Below, in pieces: positions 36,789 through 50,838 of a stretch of DNA of 64,000 bases; the stretch's first letter is position 1, and every line of letters begins with the position of its first letter. The notes beneath the pieces were generated by a model, which saw only the letters and a list, made by a program, of their open reading frames with translations, did not search any database and was not told the DNA's origin. Origin of the DNA: Lama guanicoe (taxonomy: Eukaryota); contig MU054220.1 in assembly GCA_013239625.1 (NCBI GenBank), positions 3,597,374 to 3,661,373 of the forward strand, read 5' to 3'. Made by a program: the position numbers and the translations under genes.

Positions 36789-39700
36789 TGACACAAACAC
36801 AAATAGGAAGTAGACCCTTTTCTATAACTTATGTGCATGTATTTTCAAAAAAATATACTTCCCCTTTTCTGAGCTTCAGGAATCCACCTAAAAAACGAGA
36901 GGACTGCACTTGAGCAATTGTTTTCTAACTTCCGTTTTAGTCATGAAATCCTGTCTTTAGAGGCTATCTAATGGGCAAAATTGGGAATGAGAAAGGAGGG
37001 GAAAAGGATGCAGAAAGAGGTGGGCAGTGTACTAGAATTTCACCCTCACTCTCTATGGGAAGACCAGAGTCACCTTTGCAAAGCCAAGGAAGGGTGGACA
37101 AAGGCAACCCAGAACATTCTGGTTTCAAAAACAAGGACAGATACACTGGGGAAGGATGGCAGAGGGATACATCCTCAGGAGATCTAGAATCAGACATCTC
37201 TGTGCTCCCGGAGTTACACTTAGCTAAGCAGGCTGTTGCTGACCCAACAGGAAGTGACAGTTGATGTGGGCAGGAAAGACAAATAGTTGGGCCGAGATCT
37301 CCCACACAACATATTATTAGATGGATGGATGGATTGACGGACGGATAAACAGATGTCCAACAGGAAGGACAGACAAGTCTTCCTCCTACAAACCTCCAAG
37401 CTTCCCATGCTTCAGCTGCTTCTTGGTTCTCTGAAAGCTGGCGGTGAACTGGAGACACTCTAGTTGTACATTCTTATGACAGCTCTGTGAAAACGCTAAA
37501 GCTGAAGGGCGCGTCTTTCTCTTTTTATAGGAAGAACTCCACGAACCCCACCAAGTCACCCCTTCTCCTTTTATCCCCTGAACAATTTCTGTTTTCTCTC
37601 CCGGTTCAGCAGACCTCCCCAGAGCTATCGCAGACTCATTCTTGGACTGCAGTGGCATTGCTTCTCCTTTGTAACATTGCTCTATACATGGACCCTGTAT
37701 GGGGGACTAAATCCCCACAGCAGGTAAGGGCAGGACTGCACCTGAAGGGCGAGATCATTCCTGGGGGCAGTGACACATGGCTCTCAGACCAGGAACTGGG
37801 AAGAAGGGACATCGATGGACAAGACAGTGAAATATCTAGGAAATGGTGAGTATGAAGACGACATTGTCTACACAAGAAGATCACCCCAGGGCTAGGAAGC
37901 AGAGAGTCTAAGAGCAGACTGGCAGGTAACCTAAAGGGAGGGTGGAAGCGGATAGGGCAGGGGCAGATCTCACTCTATGAGGTCCAGGCTGCCTTGAGGA
38001 AGTCACATGGTGTTTATTTCCCTGTCATCTTCCTAGAGTGATTGGTCTTTCTGAATACCCAGTGAGACTCAGGTATGCTGGAGAAGGTCTGTGGTTCACC
38101 CTGGCGCCAACCTGCTAAAGGGAGACGGACAGCAGCTGTGAACCACGAGAATCTAAGTGAAAAGGACCACAACCATTATAGCAGCTAAGATTTATTGAGC
38201 ACATGCTATACACCAGGCAATACTGTTCTAAGCTCCTCACTGGATTAACTCAATTCTCAGGCAGGCACCATGGCTATCCCATTTTACAGCTGAGGAAACT
38301 GAGGTGGAAAGATTTGACAACTTGTCCAAGGGCACCAGCTAGTAGGTGGCCTGCCTAGGACTTTACCCCAGAGAGTCCCATCACCCTGGGGCTGGTGAAA
38401 CTCACACATGTCTGAACCTGCACCTCTAAAGTGCTATCAGGGTGTTAATGTTGGTGTTTTGAAGATCTGATAAGTGTGTCCCCTCTTCCCTGAGTTCTGA
38501 ACCAACGGAGATCTAAGAGAAAAATATTATCGTTATTACTGATAAAGCTGAGAGTGGAAAATGTAGCCCATCTCCCTGGAAAAGTGAGCTGCCCAACGCT
38601 GAACACTGGAATTAGGCAGTGCTAGCCACACCACCCCCTACCCCAGCAAGGAGCTCTGCGCACCATCCGCCCTGGGACAGCTGGGCTGCGGTCTCCGTGC
38701 TGAGATGGAGAGAAGTGGGTGACTCTGAGATCTTCAGTGGAGGTGGAGCTGCTGGCAAGGTTTGCTGATGGATTGGATGTGGGTGGTGAGGGAAAGGAGG
38801 GAACCTGGATGGCTCTTGTGTTTGTAGCCTGGGGAATCAAGAGGAGGCAGTGCCATTTACAGAGCTGGGGAAAATGGGCATTGGAACAGGTTACCTGGAA
38901 GGGAGCAAACCAGTTCAACCACAGACTAAGTGATGGGCCACAGATGGGCACTGACCCCAATTACATTGACCCTTAACCCTGCTTACCCTCTAAGTCCTTT
39001 CTCTGCTGATATCCCCAAACTTGTACCTTTGGTTTCCAAGGGTCCATGGATGAGTGTCAGCTGGATGGGGTGGGACCCTGGGAGCACCATTCAGTGTCCC
39101 TCCGAGAGGTCAGCTGTTACTGGGCCTCCCTCTGCCCAGGCCCCAGTGGCTCCCACATTCCCAATACAAGGGGCACCTCTAGGACTTACGGTGCACCAGG
39201 CCCTCTAGCAGGCCATGGAGACCACAGACAAATAAGACACTGGTCATGCCCTTCAGGAGGGGACAGCCTGGTGGGAGAGCCCCACCCATGCTGCAGTTAC
39301 CTCATCTTATAAGAGGCTGAGTGGTGGAAACACAGACTTCAGGATCCCCCTACCCCAGGACTCTTTCTAAGCCATCAGCCTTCCATTCAGAGCAACCCCT
39401 TTTCTGCCCAGGACAATCCATTCCGCAGGGGCTGCCCTCTCCCCCATCAGAGGGGACAGTTGTAGTGATGGTCCCTGAGGACCTGTATGATGCTGCTTGT
39501 GCTCATAGGATACTGAGGATTTCACCTCACTCTCTGCCTCATTCATTCCTTACACATTGTTCCAAGGTCACCCCAGGGAGCTTCACCCAGGTCACAGACA
39601 GATTGTGTTCAGGAAAATATTGCTCTCTCCCAGCAGGGAGCCCAGCAAGTGCTGAAGGCTGGGGTGGGATGGGGCACCCCACTCTACTGAACTCAGCCCT

Positions 39701-39950
39701 ACAGGGCAGGGGTGCATCCCTGGCACTAACAGCCAAGGGCAGAGGCCCCGCCCCCATGCGATGAAGTCTGGGCAGCTCTTGGCTGCCTGATCCCGGGATC
39801 AGCCAGTCTGACCTGTGAGAGTGGGAGGGAGAATGGCCGTGTGAATCACAATCGGGGTGGAAAAACAATCACAACAAAACCAGAGAACCACCGGGAAGGT
39901 GAGCTGAGGCAGAGGGAAACAATCTAAGTTTAATACCTAAATGGTCCCAC

Positions 39951-40432
39951 TGTTGCTGAAAAAAATGTGTTACAACTCAGTGTTACAGCAACCTGGATCT
40001 GGGCGAGAGACCAAGCAGCACTGGGAGAGTTGGAGAATCAGGTTTATTACGCCAGCGGGCCCAGAGGAGTGAACTCTACAAGCTCTGAACCCTGTCTGTC
40101 GCTTTACACAGGCTTTTTATAGGCTGCCAGTTTACACTTTGCAACATCATATGTAAATAAGGTATAACAAAAGTTGACTAATTAGGAACAAGCTTAGTAG
40201 GCTTTGTAGAAATGGACCAATCAGGAGGGAGAGAAATAACCAATCAGGAGTGAAGAAAAAAGCCAATCAGGAGTGAGCTCAGGGAACCAATAGAATTTTA
40301 GGGGTAAGTAACCCTTTTCAGAGGCAAAAAGTGAGATAGAGCCTCTGGGCCAGGGAACCAGATGGTGCTGGCAGGAGAGTAGTGGCCCTGCCTGGGGGTC
40401 CTGCCAGTATTTTTACGGGGCTTCCCGCCTCA
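39951..40432 (-). mobile_element. ERV1-type solo LTR, complete (~482 bp), relatively young
   Basis: Minus strand TGAGGCGGGAAG...TCAGCAACA with a 4-bp TSD CCAC at 39947-39950 and 40433-40436. Minus-strand TATAAAAA at 40114-40121 and AATAAA at 40043-40048, plus four CCAAT boxes. Confidence 0.9.
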
Positions 40433-42982
40433 CCACCTCCCAGCTGTTTGGAGCTCAGCACCAGCTCCAACTGGGAAGTTGCACCAGGACCCCAGCAAAC
40501 AGTAACTGAAAGATGCAACTGGCTTTTCCTTGCCCCATAAGCCAGTTAATGATGTACTTATTTTGTACGGTTTTTAGTGAATAAAATAATGTCATCTATG
40601 AGAGTTTACTCCAGGCACCAGGCTAAATCCACTTACACTTCAGCTTATTGGATTCTCTCATAAACTCTGGGGCCATTATTATCCTCATATTACTGAAATG
40701 AACTTAAAGGAAATAAGCACATAACCTAAGGTCCCGTAGGAAGAGGGAGGCAAGAATTGAACCAGGTTTTCCCATGCAAAACCCACACTGTTTTAATTAT
40801 TGTCATTTGTCACTCCATAGTGTATTTTGGTATCAATAAGGTAAAATCTAATTGTCATCATATTCTCATTATTCCGGTCCAAAATTTTCTTGGCTATTCT
40901 CAAGCAAGTACTCTTCCAAAGGAAGTTTACATTCCCACTGTTCCTTCCCCTGGAATTGCCTTCTGTCTATTAATTATATGAGAGAGAATTGACATCTTGA
41001 CATTTGGGACTTCCTTTCTAGAAATATGATTACGTCTCTATTCAGATATTCTTTCTTTTTTTTCCTGCAGTAAAGCATTAGTAGTTTTCTCCCTACTGCC
41101 CTTGCAACCTTGCAACGCTTCTTGTTAAGCAAATTCCTCATAGGGTTTTCAGCATTTTGTTGCAATTATGAGCAAGATCCTTTTTCGAATAACATTTTGA
41201 AATGAAATATAGTGACTAGATGGGAAAACAATTTTTACCTAATTCTCTAATCTATGTCTTTTACCAGATGTTCTTACCAACACCGCTCATTGCCACCCCA
41301 GGAGAGTTGTTTGGATTTTTCAGCTTAGAAAATCATATTGTCAGCAAATTGTTACCATTTCTGCCTTCCTTGTCAATGTTTATAATTCCTATTTCTGTTT
41401 TTTGTCCTTGTGACCACCCGGAGCAATTCTCTCACGTGCTGAGACTGGAGCCACGTCCTGGCGAGTTAAGAGCATAACACCCTTTTACGTATCATTTGCT
41501 TTTCATATTTTGTGAGCACCTTCACATACACTGGCTCATTTGATCTTCACAACGGTCACACAGTCAATCAATAACCATGTGCTGAGCACCGCCTGTGTAC
41601 TATGGGACCTGAGACAGGTGTTTCCTGTCTCTATGGAGTACACAGTCCAGTATGAACCCAGGAAGTAAACAAGAGCACAAATTAATTAAATGATTACAAG
41701 GAAACAAAACATGGGTCATTTTACAGATGAGGAATAAAGACCCACGATGGGGATATGACTTCCACACGGTCCTTGGCAAATTGGTGGCCAGGCTGAGGTG
41801 CAAATGCTTCTTTTGCACCTTGAGGCTGGGGGAAACCCCCCAGATTTCTCCAGCCTGTACGTGGTCTCTCCTGGGCCCAGAGGGCCAGCTGTCCTCCAGG
41901 CAGCTCCAGTGTCTGGCTGAGGGCCGAGGAGAGAGCTCTCTGCCTTTCCTTGCTGGCCAGCCCAGGAGATGAACATTGCTGTTGGCAGGTTTTCCATGGA
42001 AAAACCTTGAACCCCACAGCTGTTGCCACTCGCCGGGCACTGCCTGCCCTCAGGGTTGGCCCTACTGCTGAGACCCACTTCCCTTCCTGGAAGGCTCTGC
42101 CCTGGGAAGTGAGGTCTGGCTCTAGATTGTGAACTGGTTCCAGGACCTGTGGCTTCAGGCCCAGCCGAGAACCGAGACCAACGCCAGGCCTTCTAAAGTG
42201 GGAAGGAGCATGGCCATTGGAAATGAAGTCACACTCATCTGCAGATTCCCGGTGGCTCCATGGTGGCTCAGAACCTGGTGGGGTAGGGTAGAAACTTCGA
42301 TGGCTCCTTCCAAAACCAGTTCTAAAGCTCCCACCCTTTGACCCTCCTCCATTTAGTCCGGCCACATTTCACCCTTCACAGCCTTCATGTTCAAGGCCAA
42401 AGGGCGCTATTCCCTGTTCTGCATTTGCTTTCCAGACTTACACCCTTGGTGCGTTTGCTCACTCTGTTCTCTCCACCACTAACTTTGTCCCCTTCTCACC
42501 CCAAACCCCCCAGTCCTTTCTCTACATGACCAAATCCTCTCCATCCCACGTACCCCAGCCCGGATGTCTCCTCCCTCAAGCCTCATGCAGCCACCCCCAC
42601 TGGAATTGATCCTGCTTCCTCTGAATGCCAAGGTCTGACAGCCAGGTACCCTGATCAGGGGGAGCCGGTGGACTTCTCTCAGCCTCAGCTTCTCTGTCTG
42701 CAGAATGGAGATGCAGGGCCAGCTACCTCGGAGATCCATAGGCTCAGAGGGTAAAATAACCACGGCAGTGGGCACTCGGGCAGCATTCGCTATGTGCCAA
42801 GCATTGTTCCGGGTGCTTTACAAAGGTTAGTGCTCTCATTGTTCCTGGTCTATGAAGAGAAAACCAAGGCCTGGGGATGGGAGGGAACAAGTTCAAGGCT
42901 TAATCATCAGCCAAAGTGAGATTGTGCAAGGGCAGCTTAGCTCCAGCTCCCTGCTCTAAATCACGGTGGGATCAGCAATAAG

Positions 42983-42984
<2 letters not shown>

Positions 42985-43016
<32 letters not shown>

Positions 43017-43031
43017 TGTGCGCGCGCGCGC
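42985..43031. repeat. (TG)~15 microsatellite joined to (CG)5
   Basis: tgtgtg... at 42985-43015, then ctgtg, then cgcgcgcgcgc at 43021-43031. Confidence 0.95.
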
Positions 43032-43554
43032 CTGGGGTAGCACTTACTTTCCATCCCCCCTCATCTCCGCCCCTCTGTTTCAGCTACTTCTACTTCATTT
43101 TACAATTCTCGTGATCATAGCTTATCTCTTGACCCAACTACGAGCTCCCAGGGGAAGGGTGCGGGGCTGACCCTAACCCGGGTCTGAATCTCTAAGGCCT
43201 AACCCCGGGGCTCAAACACCCTCCCGCCCTCCGCGCTTCCTTTCTGAAGCGCAGACACATCTTGCTGGTTTGCCAGAGAGCCTGGCTCAGCACATAGCCC
43301 AGGGTTGGACGCTGGGGAGCCTCTGCTCTGGCCCCTGACTACTGGAGAAGGGCGACTCCTCGCCATTGAGGTCTCAGCTCCTGGGTCACCTGCTCAGAGA
43401 GGCCCTCCCTGGCCGCTTGTCCTAGAATGGCCCACTTCTCATCCTTTTCTTTTACTTACTTCATAGATGACCTCAAGATATTTATTTGTTTATCTCTGTC
43501 TCCCTCCCACTGGAATCTAAGCTCTGTGAGTAAAGGATCCTTGTCCGTGGAAGG

Positions 43555-43830
43555 GTGTAGAGCGTGTGCTCATAAATCACCTGGGGCTCTTACTAAAATG
43601 CAGATTCCAACTGAGTAGGACCAGGGTGGGACCTGCGAACCTGAGAGTCTGCACTTCTAACAAGCTCCAGTGATGCTGGCGTGGCTGGTTCCCACACTCT
43701 GAGCAGCCGAGTCCTAGCGCTGTGGGTCTCAGCCCTACGGAACAAGAAGTTCTGGGGTGGGGCCCAGCAGCGTGTGTTTTAACAGGTGTTTCTGAGGCTC
43801 GCTTAACTGTGCAAACCTCTGATCCAGATT
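43555..43830. mobile_element. Two adjacent MER5-type elements
   Basis: aatcacctggggctcttactaaaatgcagattcc..tctgcacttctaacaagctcc..cccacactctgag, then tctggggtggggcccagcagcgtgtgttttaacagg. Confidence 0.7.
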
Positions 43831-44760
43831 TTGTTAAAGCAACCAGCCCTGGAGCCAGGCTGCCTCGGTTCAAATCCTGAGGTGACTCCATTTCCCTGCA
43901 CCTCTGTTTTTCCGGCTGCATAATGGGGGTGATAACATCCCTTCCTCACAGGACTGTTTGAAGACAGAGTGAGAACACGTGTTCGCCACCACCACTCTGG
44001 TGACTTGTCCAATGAGTGATTAGGCATCAGCTGGAAGCTGTCAACAGGAGGTCATGGGAGTCAGAACTGAAGGTGGTGCCAGGCTGGGAATGACTTTCTG
44101 GGCCAGCCGACTCCCTGGCTGGTGAGGATCCCTGTTCGCACTGACTCCTGTGCTCCAGCAAGACTACAGGGTTGACCTAAGCACCAAGCTGCACCTGCTT
44201 CAAGGCATTTGCTGAAGGGTTGGCGGCACAGGAAACGAGAAGCCCTGGGTTGCCAGTGGTGATCCCTCCCATGGTCTTGTTCCAGGGCTGCTGGCTTGGG
44301 AGTTGCCTGGGTACCACGGAGGACAAAAAGTGGCTCTGTCACCAGTCCAGATGGATGACATGTCACTGTTTATTATACTCTTTCCCAGGCAACCTCATTG
44401 GAGTGTGTGTTAGTCTGTGAACTGGGCCTTATTACCCCCAGTTTACAGACAAAGAAACAGGCTCAGGAGAGCTCCTGGAAGGATCCATGAACCAAGCTAC
44501 CTGTCCTTGGATGATGGGGAGGCTAGAGGACTGGTCTTGACCCAGAGGAAGGCAGGTACAGATCCCCTACCCTAGGCATCACCACCCTTCATTAACCAAT
44601 TCCTGCAGTTTGAGGGTGGCCCCGTGAACAAATTCAAGGTCCCAAGCCTGCCTTATAACTTAGCACAGGGCCACAGGCCTGGCCCCTGACAGCCGACTGG
44701 GGACCAATACAAATCTGAGAGTGATATGCTCACTGGGGCCAGAGGCGAGGCAGGTTCTAA

Positions 44761-45230
44761 CAGGAGGTCGTGACCTTGTCTCTTCCATAGACCCCACTGG
44801 CCGCCTCATGAAGTTTACAGACCCTTTTCCAGAAAAAATTCATTTTCAATTCTTAGAACAAAATACATAGAATTACACAGGAAACAAATTATGTTAAAAT
44901 ATGATCAGAGTAAGCAAAAAATTGTGATACAGTAAGATCGGGCTTTGTTATCAAGGCATTAAATAACAAGATCCAGCAGTAGGTTTAATAACTAATGTGA
45001 TGTCAGGGTAGTGATGATAAATGACGAGCGCAAATGACATCTCGAGATGCCTGACGCACCTGGCGGATAATATGGAAATACCTGCTGTTTTGTGTGGCAG
45101 CAAATCACAGGCACAGCTCATCACCATGGCTTGTTGCTTACACATGAGGGAAAAAAATGGTAAATTTCAAAGAATAAAGATGGAATTTTTTTCCTCCATT
45201 CAAATCCATGGCCCTCGGTCAGAAGCTCTT
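44761..45230 (+). mobile_element. Charlie4a-like hAT DNA transposon, near full length
   Basis: Colinear with the Charlie4a consensus as I recall it: aaaatacatagaattacacaggaaacaaattatgttaaaat, gcattaaataacaagatccagcagtaggtttaataact, aataaagatggaatttttt. Confidence 0.8.
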
Positions 45231-45872
45231 TAAAGGAGGTTGCGGTCCAGTGGTAGAGCCAGTTGGGTGATGGCTGAGGGAGCAGCGGCTTTGGATGGAG
45301 GGAGACAGAGCTTCATCAGGGTCTTGACTGTCCCCACAGATGCTCACATCCCATATTCCATACTGCTTCCTCCACTGTCTTCTCAGCATCATCTGAGCAG
45401 CCTTTGAAAATGTCCATTTGGGGAGAACAGGCTCTTGGGAAAAGCCCCCTTCCATGCCCATTCCCAGAATCCCTCTCCCCTGGACTTGCACAGGCTGCCT
45501 CGCCCCTACTACCAAGGCCAATGGCACCTGGAGGGCGGGGTGGACGGGGCAGGGAGAGCTGGCTACTGCACTGCTGCCCAAGCCCACCCTTGTCAACAAG
45601 TCCTTGCTGTTTACAAGATTTTCCGCCTCGTGATCTCATTTCATCTCCACTGCCTTCCTGTGAGTGAGTACTGCCGTCTCCGTATGACAGGCAAGGTTCA
45701 GAGAGGTGGAATATTTGCACATGGTCACAAAAGCAGGAAGTGGAAGTTGCCCCTGTGGCCACTGTCCTTTGCTTGGGAATCCTACTGCTCAGAGAAGGAG
45801 ACGGCAGGTCTTCTGTTTCTATGGCTGTGGCTGGCTGGGAAGCTAGAACTTCTATTTTGTATTTGGCTCTTT

Positions 45873-45915
45873 TCATCCATCCATCCATCCATCCATCCAT
45901 CCATCCATCCATCCA
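45873..45915. repeat. (TCCA)n tetranucleotide microsatellite (~10 units)
   Basis: Uninterrupted tcatccatccatcc... run. Confidence 0.95.
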
Positions 45916-48900
45916 ACAAACACATGCCAGGCGTTGTGCTAAGAAAGCCCAAGTGGCGCAGTAGAAGCAGACACGGTCCGGTCCCGTGGAGCTTATGGTC
46001 GGGGGAAAACAACACAAACAAGTAGAAATGACAACGGTGCCAAGTGCTCGGAGGCAGAGATGTGTCGCCGGGAGAACGTCTGCTGGGCTTTAGCAGAGGT
46101 CAGGGAGGGCCTCCCAGAGCTGAGATGGGAAGGATGAGCAGGAGAAAACCAGGTGAAGAGACGGGGGAGAGCCGTACCAACTGGGGATGGGGGCAGCTGG
46201 GCAGAGAAGGGGTTGGGTGTGCAGGCTCTGGGGTCAGGCTGGATTCAGATCCTGAGGGTACCACTGACCAGCTGTGCAGACGTGATAAGCCCTTCACACT
46301 TTAAGCCTTGATTTCCTGAAAATCAGGATTATAATAAGCATGCCGACTTCACAGGAGGGTCATGAAGATTTAATGGGGTGATGTGAATAAAACTTCCAGC
46401 GTGGTGCCTGGCCTCTAATAAATGCTCTGAGTCAGCATTTTAGCTTTTAGTAAGTGTGGACACGAATAAACAAATCCATAAAAGCACTTTGCACACACAG
46501 GTCTGGCCATCACATCAATTTAGAGGGCGTGTGGAAAGTTCTACTGGATTGCCTAGCAGTGGTTCAAACTTGACCTCACTTTAGAATCATCTGGGTGCTC
46601 AGGGCACACCCCATATCAGTTAAATAACCAGGGCCTCTGTGGGTGCATCCCACATCAGTAGCTTGTAAAGCTCCCTATGTGATCCCAAGATCCAGTCAGG
46701 ACCGAGAGCCCCTGTCTGGGAGGGAGGTTTCATTGGTGTCTGGCAGCAGCTGGGGAGGGTTCCAGGGCGGCTGGTGATCGAGGGGCTCTCCAAGAATACA
46801 GAAGATTTAGATACACAGAAAAGACCAGGGAGGGAATTCCAGACTCTGGAAAGAGGCTAAACAAAATCCTGGAGATGGGGTGGAGCATGGCATTTGGGAA
46901 ATGAGGTTGGTCATGGGGACTGGACTGGCTGGGGAGGAGGCCCACACAGCCGGGAGGCTGGACACAGATCAGGAGTCCACTGCTGGGGAGGCTTGAGGGC
47001 TGAGAGAGGCCTTTGGTCTGGTTGGACTAGAAACATTTCTTGTGGGTGGATGCGTCTGGAGAAACTGCCATCTTCAGGGCTGCCTCACTGGGAGGAGCAG
47101 AGATAGCAAAGGGGCATCATCTTACATGCCAGTTCCCACTGATCTGAGAAGGTCTTTGGAGCACTGCGTTGAGAAGGATTCTGAGCTTGCATCTGAGTGT
47201 GGCAGTTGATTCCCAATGGTGGCCAAGGCGTGGAGGCCGTGAGGGCAGCACATACAGCAGGGACTTCCTACTCTGGCTGGGTGGGGCTGCAGGGGCCAGC
47301 TAGAGTAGAGAAGGGGCTGGGTCTTTCCTTTCCTTCTGTGGTGCCTTCCCTGAAGTTGCTTCAAGAAAGAGAACCGTTCCCATACCTTGGCGATTAAGAA
47401 GCCAGCCAGGAGGAGGGAGCTGGGTCTATACTGGATAAAGTACAGGCAGGAAAAGATACGGCCAGGAAAAATGTGAAGTGGGCAGGGGTGAGAGATTCCT
47501 AAGATCCCTTCTAGGTCTGATACTTGGTGGAGAGGAACTTCCCAAAGTACCTTCTAGAGGGTGTGAGACTCCCGTCACTGGAGGCATTCAAGGAAAAAGC
47601 TAGAAGACCAGAGGACTGGGCTGCAGACTCAAACAAGGGCTGGTTGAGAGGGGATCCCAACATGGTGATTTCTGTGATACAGCCAACACCTGACCAGGAG
47701 ACTGAAAAGTGACTTGCTCCTGAAGGCAAGAACAAGGACTGTGTAGGGCTGGGTCTGTGCCTCAGAGGCCAGAGAGCAGAAGTTAGGACCCAGAGCGAGA
47801 GGTGTGAGAGAGGAGGAGGACTCACGGAATCCACAACCTAAAATAATGTTGACTGCATACTGTGCTCACCCGCCTGTCCCAGGCACAAGACCTGGCAGTG
47901 ACCCAATGGCCTCTCTGAGTTTCCTTCCTCTGTGCCAGGTTTTACCTTGGAGCTATTTGGGGCCTGGCTGGTGTCCCTGGAGACTCTCTTCTGAACCAGA
48001 GACTTGTCAACATGTGCCCTCTCTCCTCTGCTGCTGGTCCAATGAACACATCCTGGAACAGCCAGCTCTGCTCTGACCCGCCCTGTCTGCCGGGAGTGGG
48101 GCAGGAGGACAGGAAAGGAAGTGCTGTCCTCGGGTTCTGATGGGGCATGGTGACCTTCTAGGTCCATCCGTTTCGCTACGAATTTGGGGGAGGCCATGAC
48201 AATGGAACAAGCATCACCACTCAGTTCTGTGTGCACTCTTCGTGCTGTGTGTGCACGGACTCAGCCTCCAGCCCCAGAATGCAGCCTCTGCCCCTGGATA
48301 CAGAGCTGCCTCAAGACAGACTTGGCTGCACACAAGTTTTCCTCCCATACATGTAAAACTTAAATTCAAATTCCATGTATGTTTCTGCACAGACTATCTC
48401 TGGAAGGGTATTCTAAAACCAAATTTTCATGGTAGATATTTCCTAGGAAAGGAACTGGTTGGCTGAAGGACAGGGTGAGGAGACAGACTGGTTTTTCATG
48501 ACGTAACTTTTTGTATCTTTTGAATTTTGTACCATAGGCACGGATTATGATTCAAAATTAAATCAATTGCAGAGCACCATCCTGCAGTCAGCCTCTCTGG
48601 GGGCAAACGTGAGGCCTCAAGCACATTACTTAGTCTCTCTGTGCCTCTGTTTCCTCTTCTGTGAAAGTGGAGTTTAGTGGCACCTGGTTTGCATGTGGTT
48701 GTGAGGACTTACAAGAAAGTGCAGCAGAGGCGCCCAGGTGCAGGAAGCCCTCAGTGATGCTGAGCGACCACGGTCACATGGGTTTAGCAGAACCATTTCC
48801 ATCCAGGGAGGTTTCTGATGAGGAAGCTGAGGCTCAGAAAGGTTAAGCAATCCGGCCAAGGTCACGCTGTCAGGAGCCTGTTCTGGATGTGAGGTCCAAT

Positions 48901-50413
48901 GGGACACCGTCCGTTCCTGTGTTGGAGGGTGGGGTGCAAACGCTCACAGATGTGGGGTCAGCTGTACCCAGTGGGCTAAGTGTGTGACAGAGACCAGTAT
49001 GAAGTGCTGTGCAAAGGCAGAGAAGGGGCCACTGATTCATCCCAAGGAAGGAGAGGGCGCCAAGGAAAGTGAGGGGGCTGCTGCAAACTGGGTGGATGGA
49101 TAGGTGCTTGTCAGGTGGCAGGAGGCGTGCCCGGCGGAAGGCATGGCATGTGCAAAGGCTCAGGGGCACTGATCAGCGGCAGATGAAGGGAAAGTGGAGA
49201 AGCTGAGGTGAAAGGAAATAGCAGAAAAGTGAGATGACTGGGTAGGCGGTGAATTAGCACAAAGAAGTAGGACAGGAGGAAGCAAACAATAGCGGGAGAC
49301 CAGCACGAAGTCAACGGGAGAGGAGGCTGAGCTGGGGAGAAAGACAAGAATAAGTTTCTCTCATCTCCACTCTCCTCTGTCTTCATTATCAATCCATCTA
49401 ATAGATTAGTGGGTGTTTCCCGTTAAACACACACACACACGCACACTCATATATGCACAGATGCACACTCAGTCTTCATGCTTCTTTTGTCTGGGGTGCA
49501 AAAGACAGTCACAATTTGGCACCAATTTTACTGAAGCAAATTCAGGACATCAACACATGGCTAGATGAAGCAAGACAAAGCTCAAACTCGATGTTGTCTT
49601 CTCCATGGGGCAGTCCTGACCCCCCCAGTGTAAAGCACAGCACCCCTCCTCCACCGCCCCACCCTCCGCAGCGTTGATCATCTTCTGATCTTCTGATAAT
49701 CTGCTTATTTGTTTATTGTCTGTCTCCCTCCACCAAGACAAACGCTCCATGAGGGTGTGGGTTTGTTTTGTCCTCTGGTTCATCCCCAGGACCTAGAATG
49801 GTGCTTGGTACACAACACTTGCCATTATTGAGCAATTACACGCCAATCAGTCCTCGTGAATACTTGATTTTACTAATTTTCACCATCCCACCCTGTGAGG
49901 TGGCTTTCCCCCTCATTTTACAGAAGAGGAAACAAGACTGAGAGGGATCCAATAAGTCACCAAGATTTGAATCCAGCTCCTTGGGTTCAAACCTTGAAAA
50001 GCCCCTGGGGGCATTTCAAGCCCCTTAGAAGCAGGAAGGAAACAGCCAGGCTTCCCTCGCCCCAAGCTGGGCGCAGACGCCTGCGACTGGCCGGCCTGCA
50101 GGGGTTGGTTCCTTTCACCAAGGACCCTTTCTTTGGCAGCCACCCCTCATTTCGTAGCTGGATGCAGCAGCCCACCGGGTGCTCACCCAGGGTTGGCACA
50201 CACTGGATGCCACTTCTTACTATTGGCTGAGCGACCCAAGCCCCACTTTCCCCTGAAGTGGAAAACCAGCCGTGAGGGGTAAATAAAGTAATGGAGTGCA
50301 GTTTCTGACACATGTCAGTAGTTGTGTCGGTTGGAATCCCACAGGAAGTACAGCGCACCCTCCAGGGTTTAACGGAAAGGAACTGAATGCAGAGGGGATT
50401 TACAGAAGGGTGG

Positions 50414-50838
50414 TGTATTCGTTTCCCACTGCTTCTGCAGAAAATTACTACATATTTTTATCCCTTGAAGCAACACAAAGTTACTCTCTGGTTCTGGAGG
50501 TCCCAAGTCCAAAATGCCGGTTCCTTCTGGAGGTCCCAAAGGGGATTGTTCCTTATCTTCTCCAGCTTCCAGAGGCTGAAGGCTTTCCATGGCTCTTGGC
50601 CACATTTTTCCAATCTCTGCTTCCATCATCAAATCACCTTGACCCTCTGTCTCCCTCTTATGTGGACCCTAATGAGGACATCATTGAGCCCACCAAGATA
50701 AGTCAGGATACTTTCGCCATTACAAGATGCTGAATTTAAGAACATCTGCAAAGTCCCTTTTGCCATATAAGGTCACAGACGCACAGGGGCCAGGGAGTAG
50801 GGCATGGGCATGTTGGGGCCATTATTCAGCCTGCCAGA
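50414..50838 (-). mobile_element. MLT1C-like MaLR LTR
   Basis: tgtattcgtttccc.., ttctggaggtcccaagtccaaaat, catctgcaaagtcccttttgccatataaggtcaca, ggggccattattcagcctgcca. Confidence 0.85.

Noticed and set aside
41600..42365. Stack of overlapping ORFs up to 214 aa
   Set aside because: GC-rich, stop-poor sequence open in several frames, with no domain signature or convincing splice sites.
45316..46025. Longest ORFs (233 aa on minus, 196 aa on plus)
   Set aside because: They run through a (TCCA)n microsatellite and MIR/L2 fragments. The WMDG/HPSI repeats are translation artefacts.
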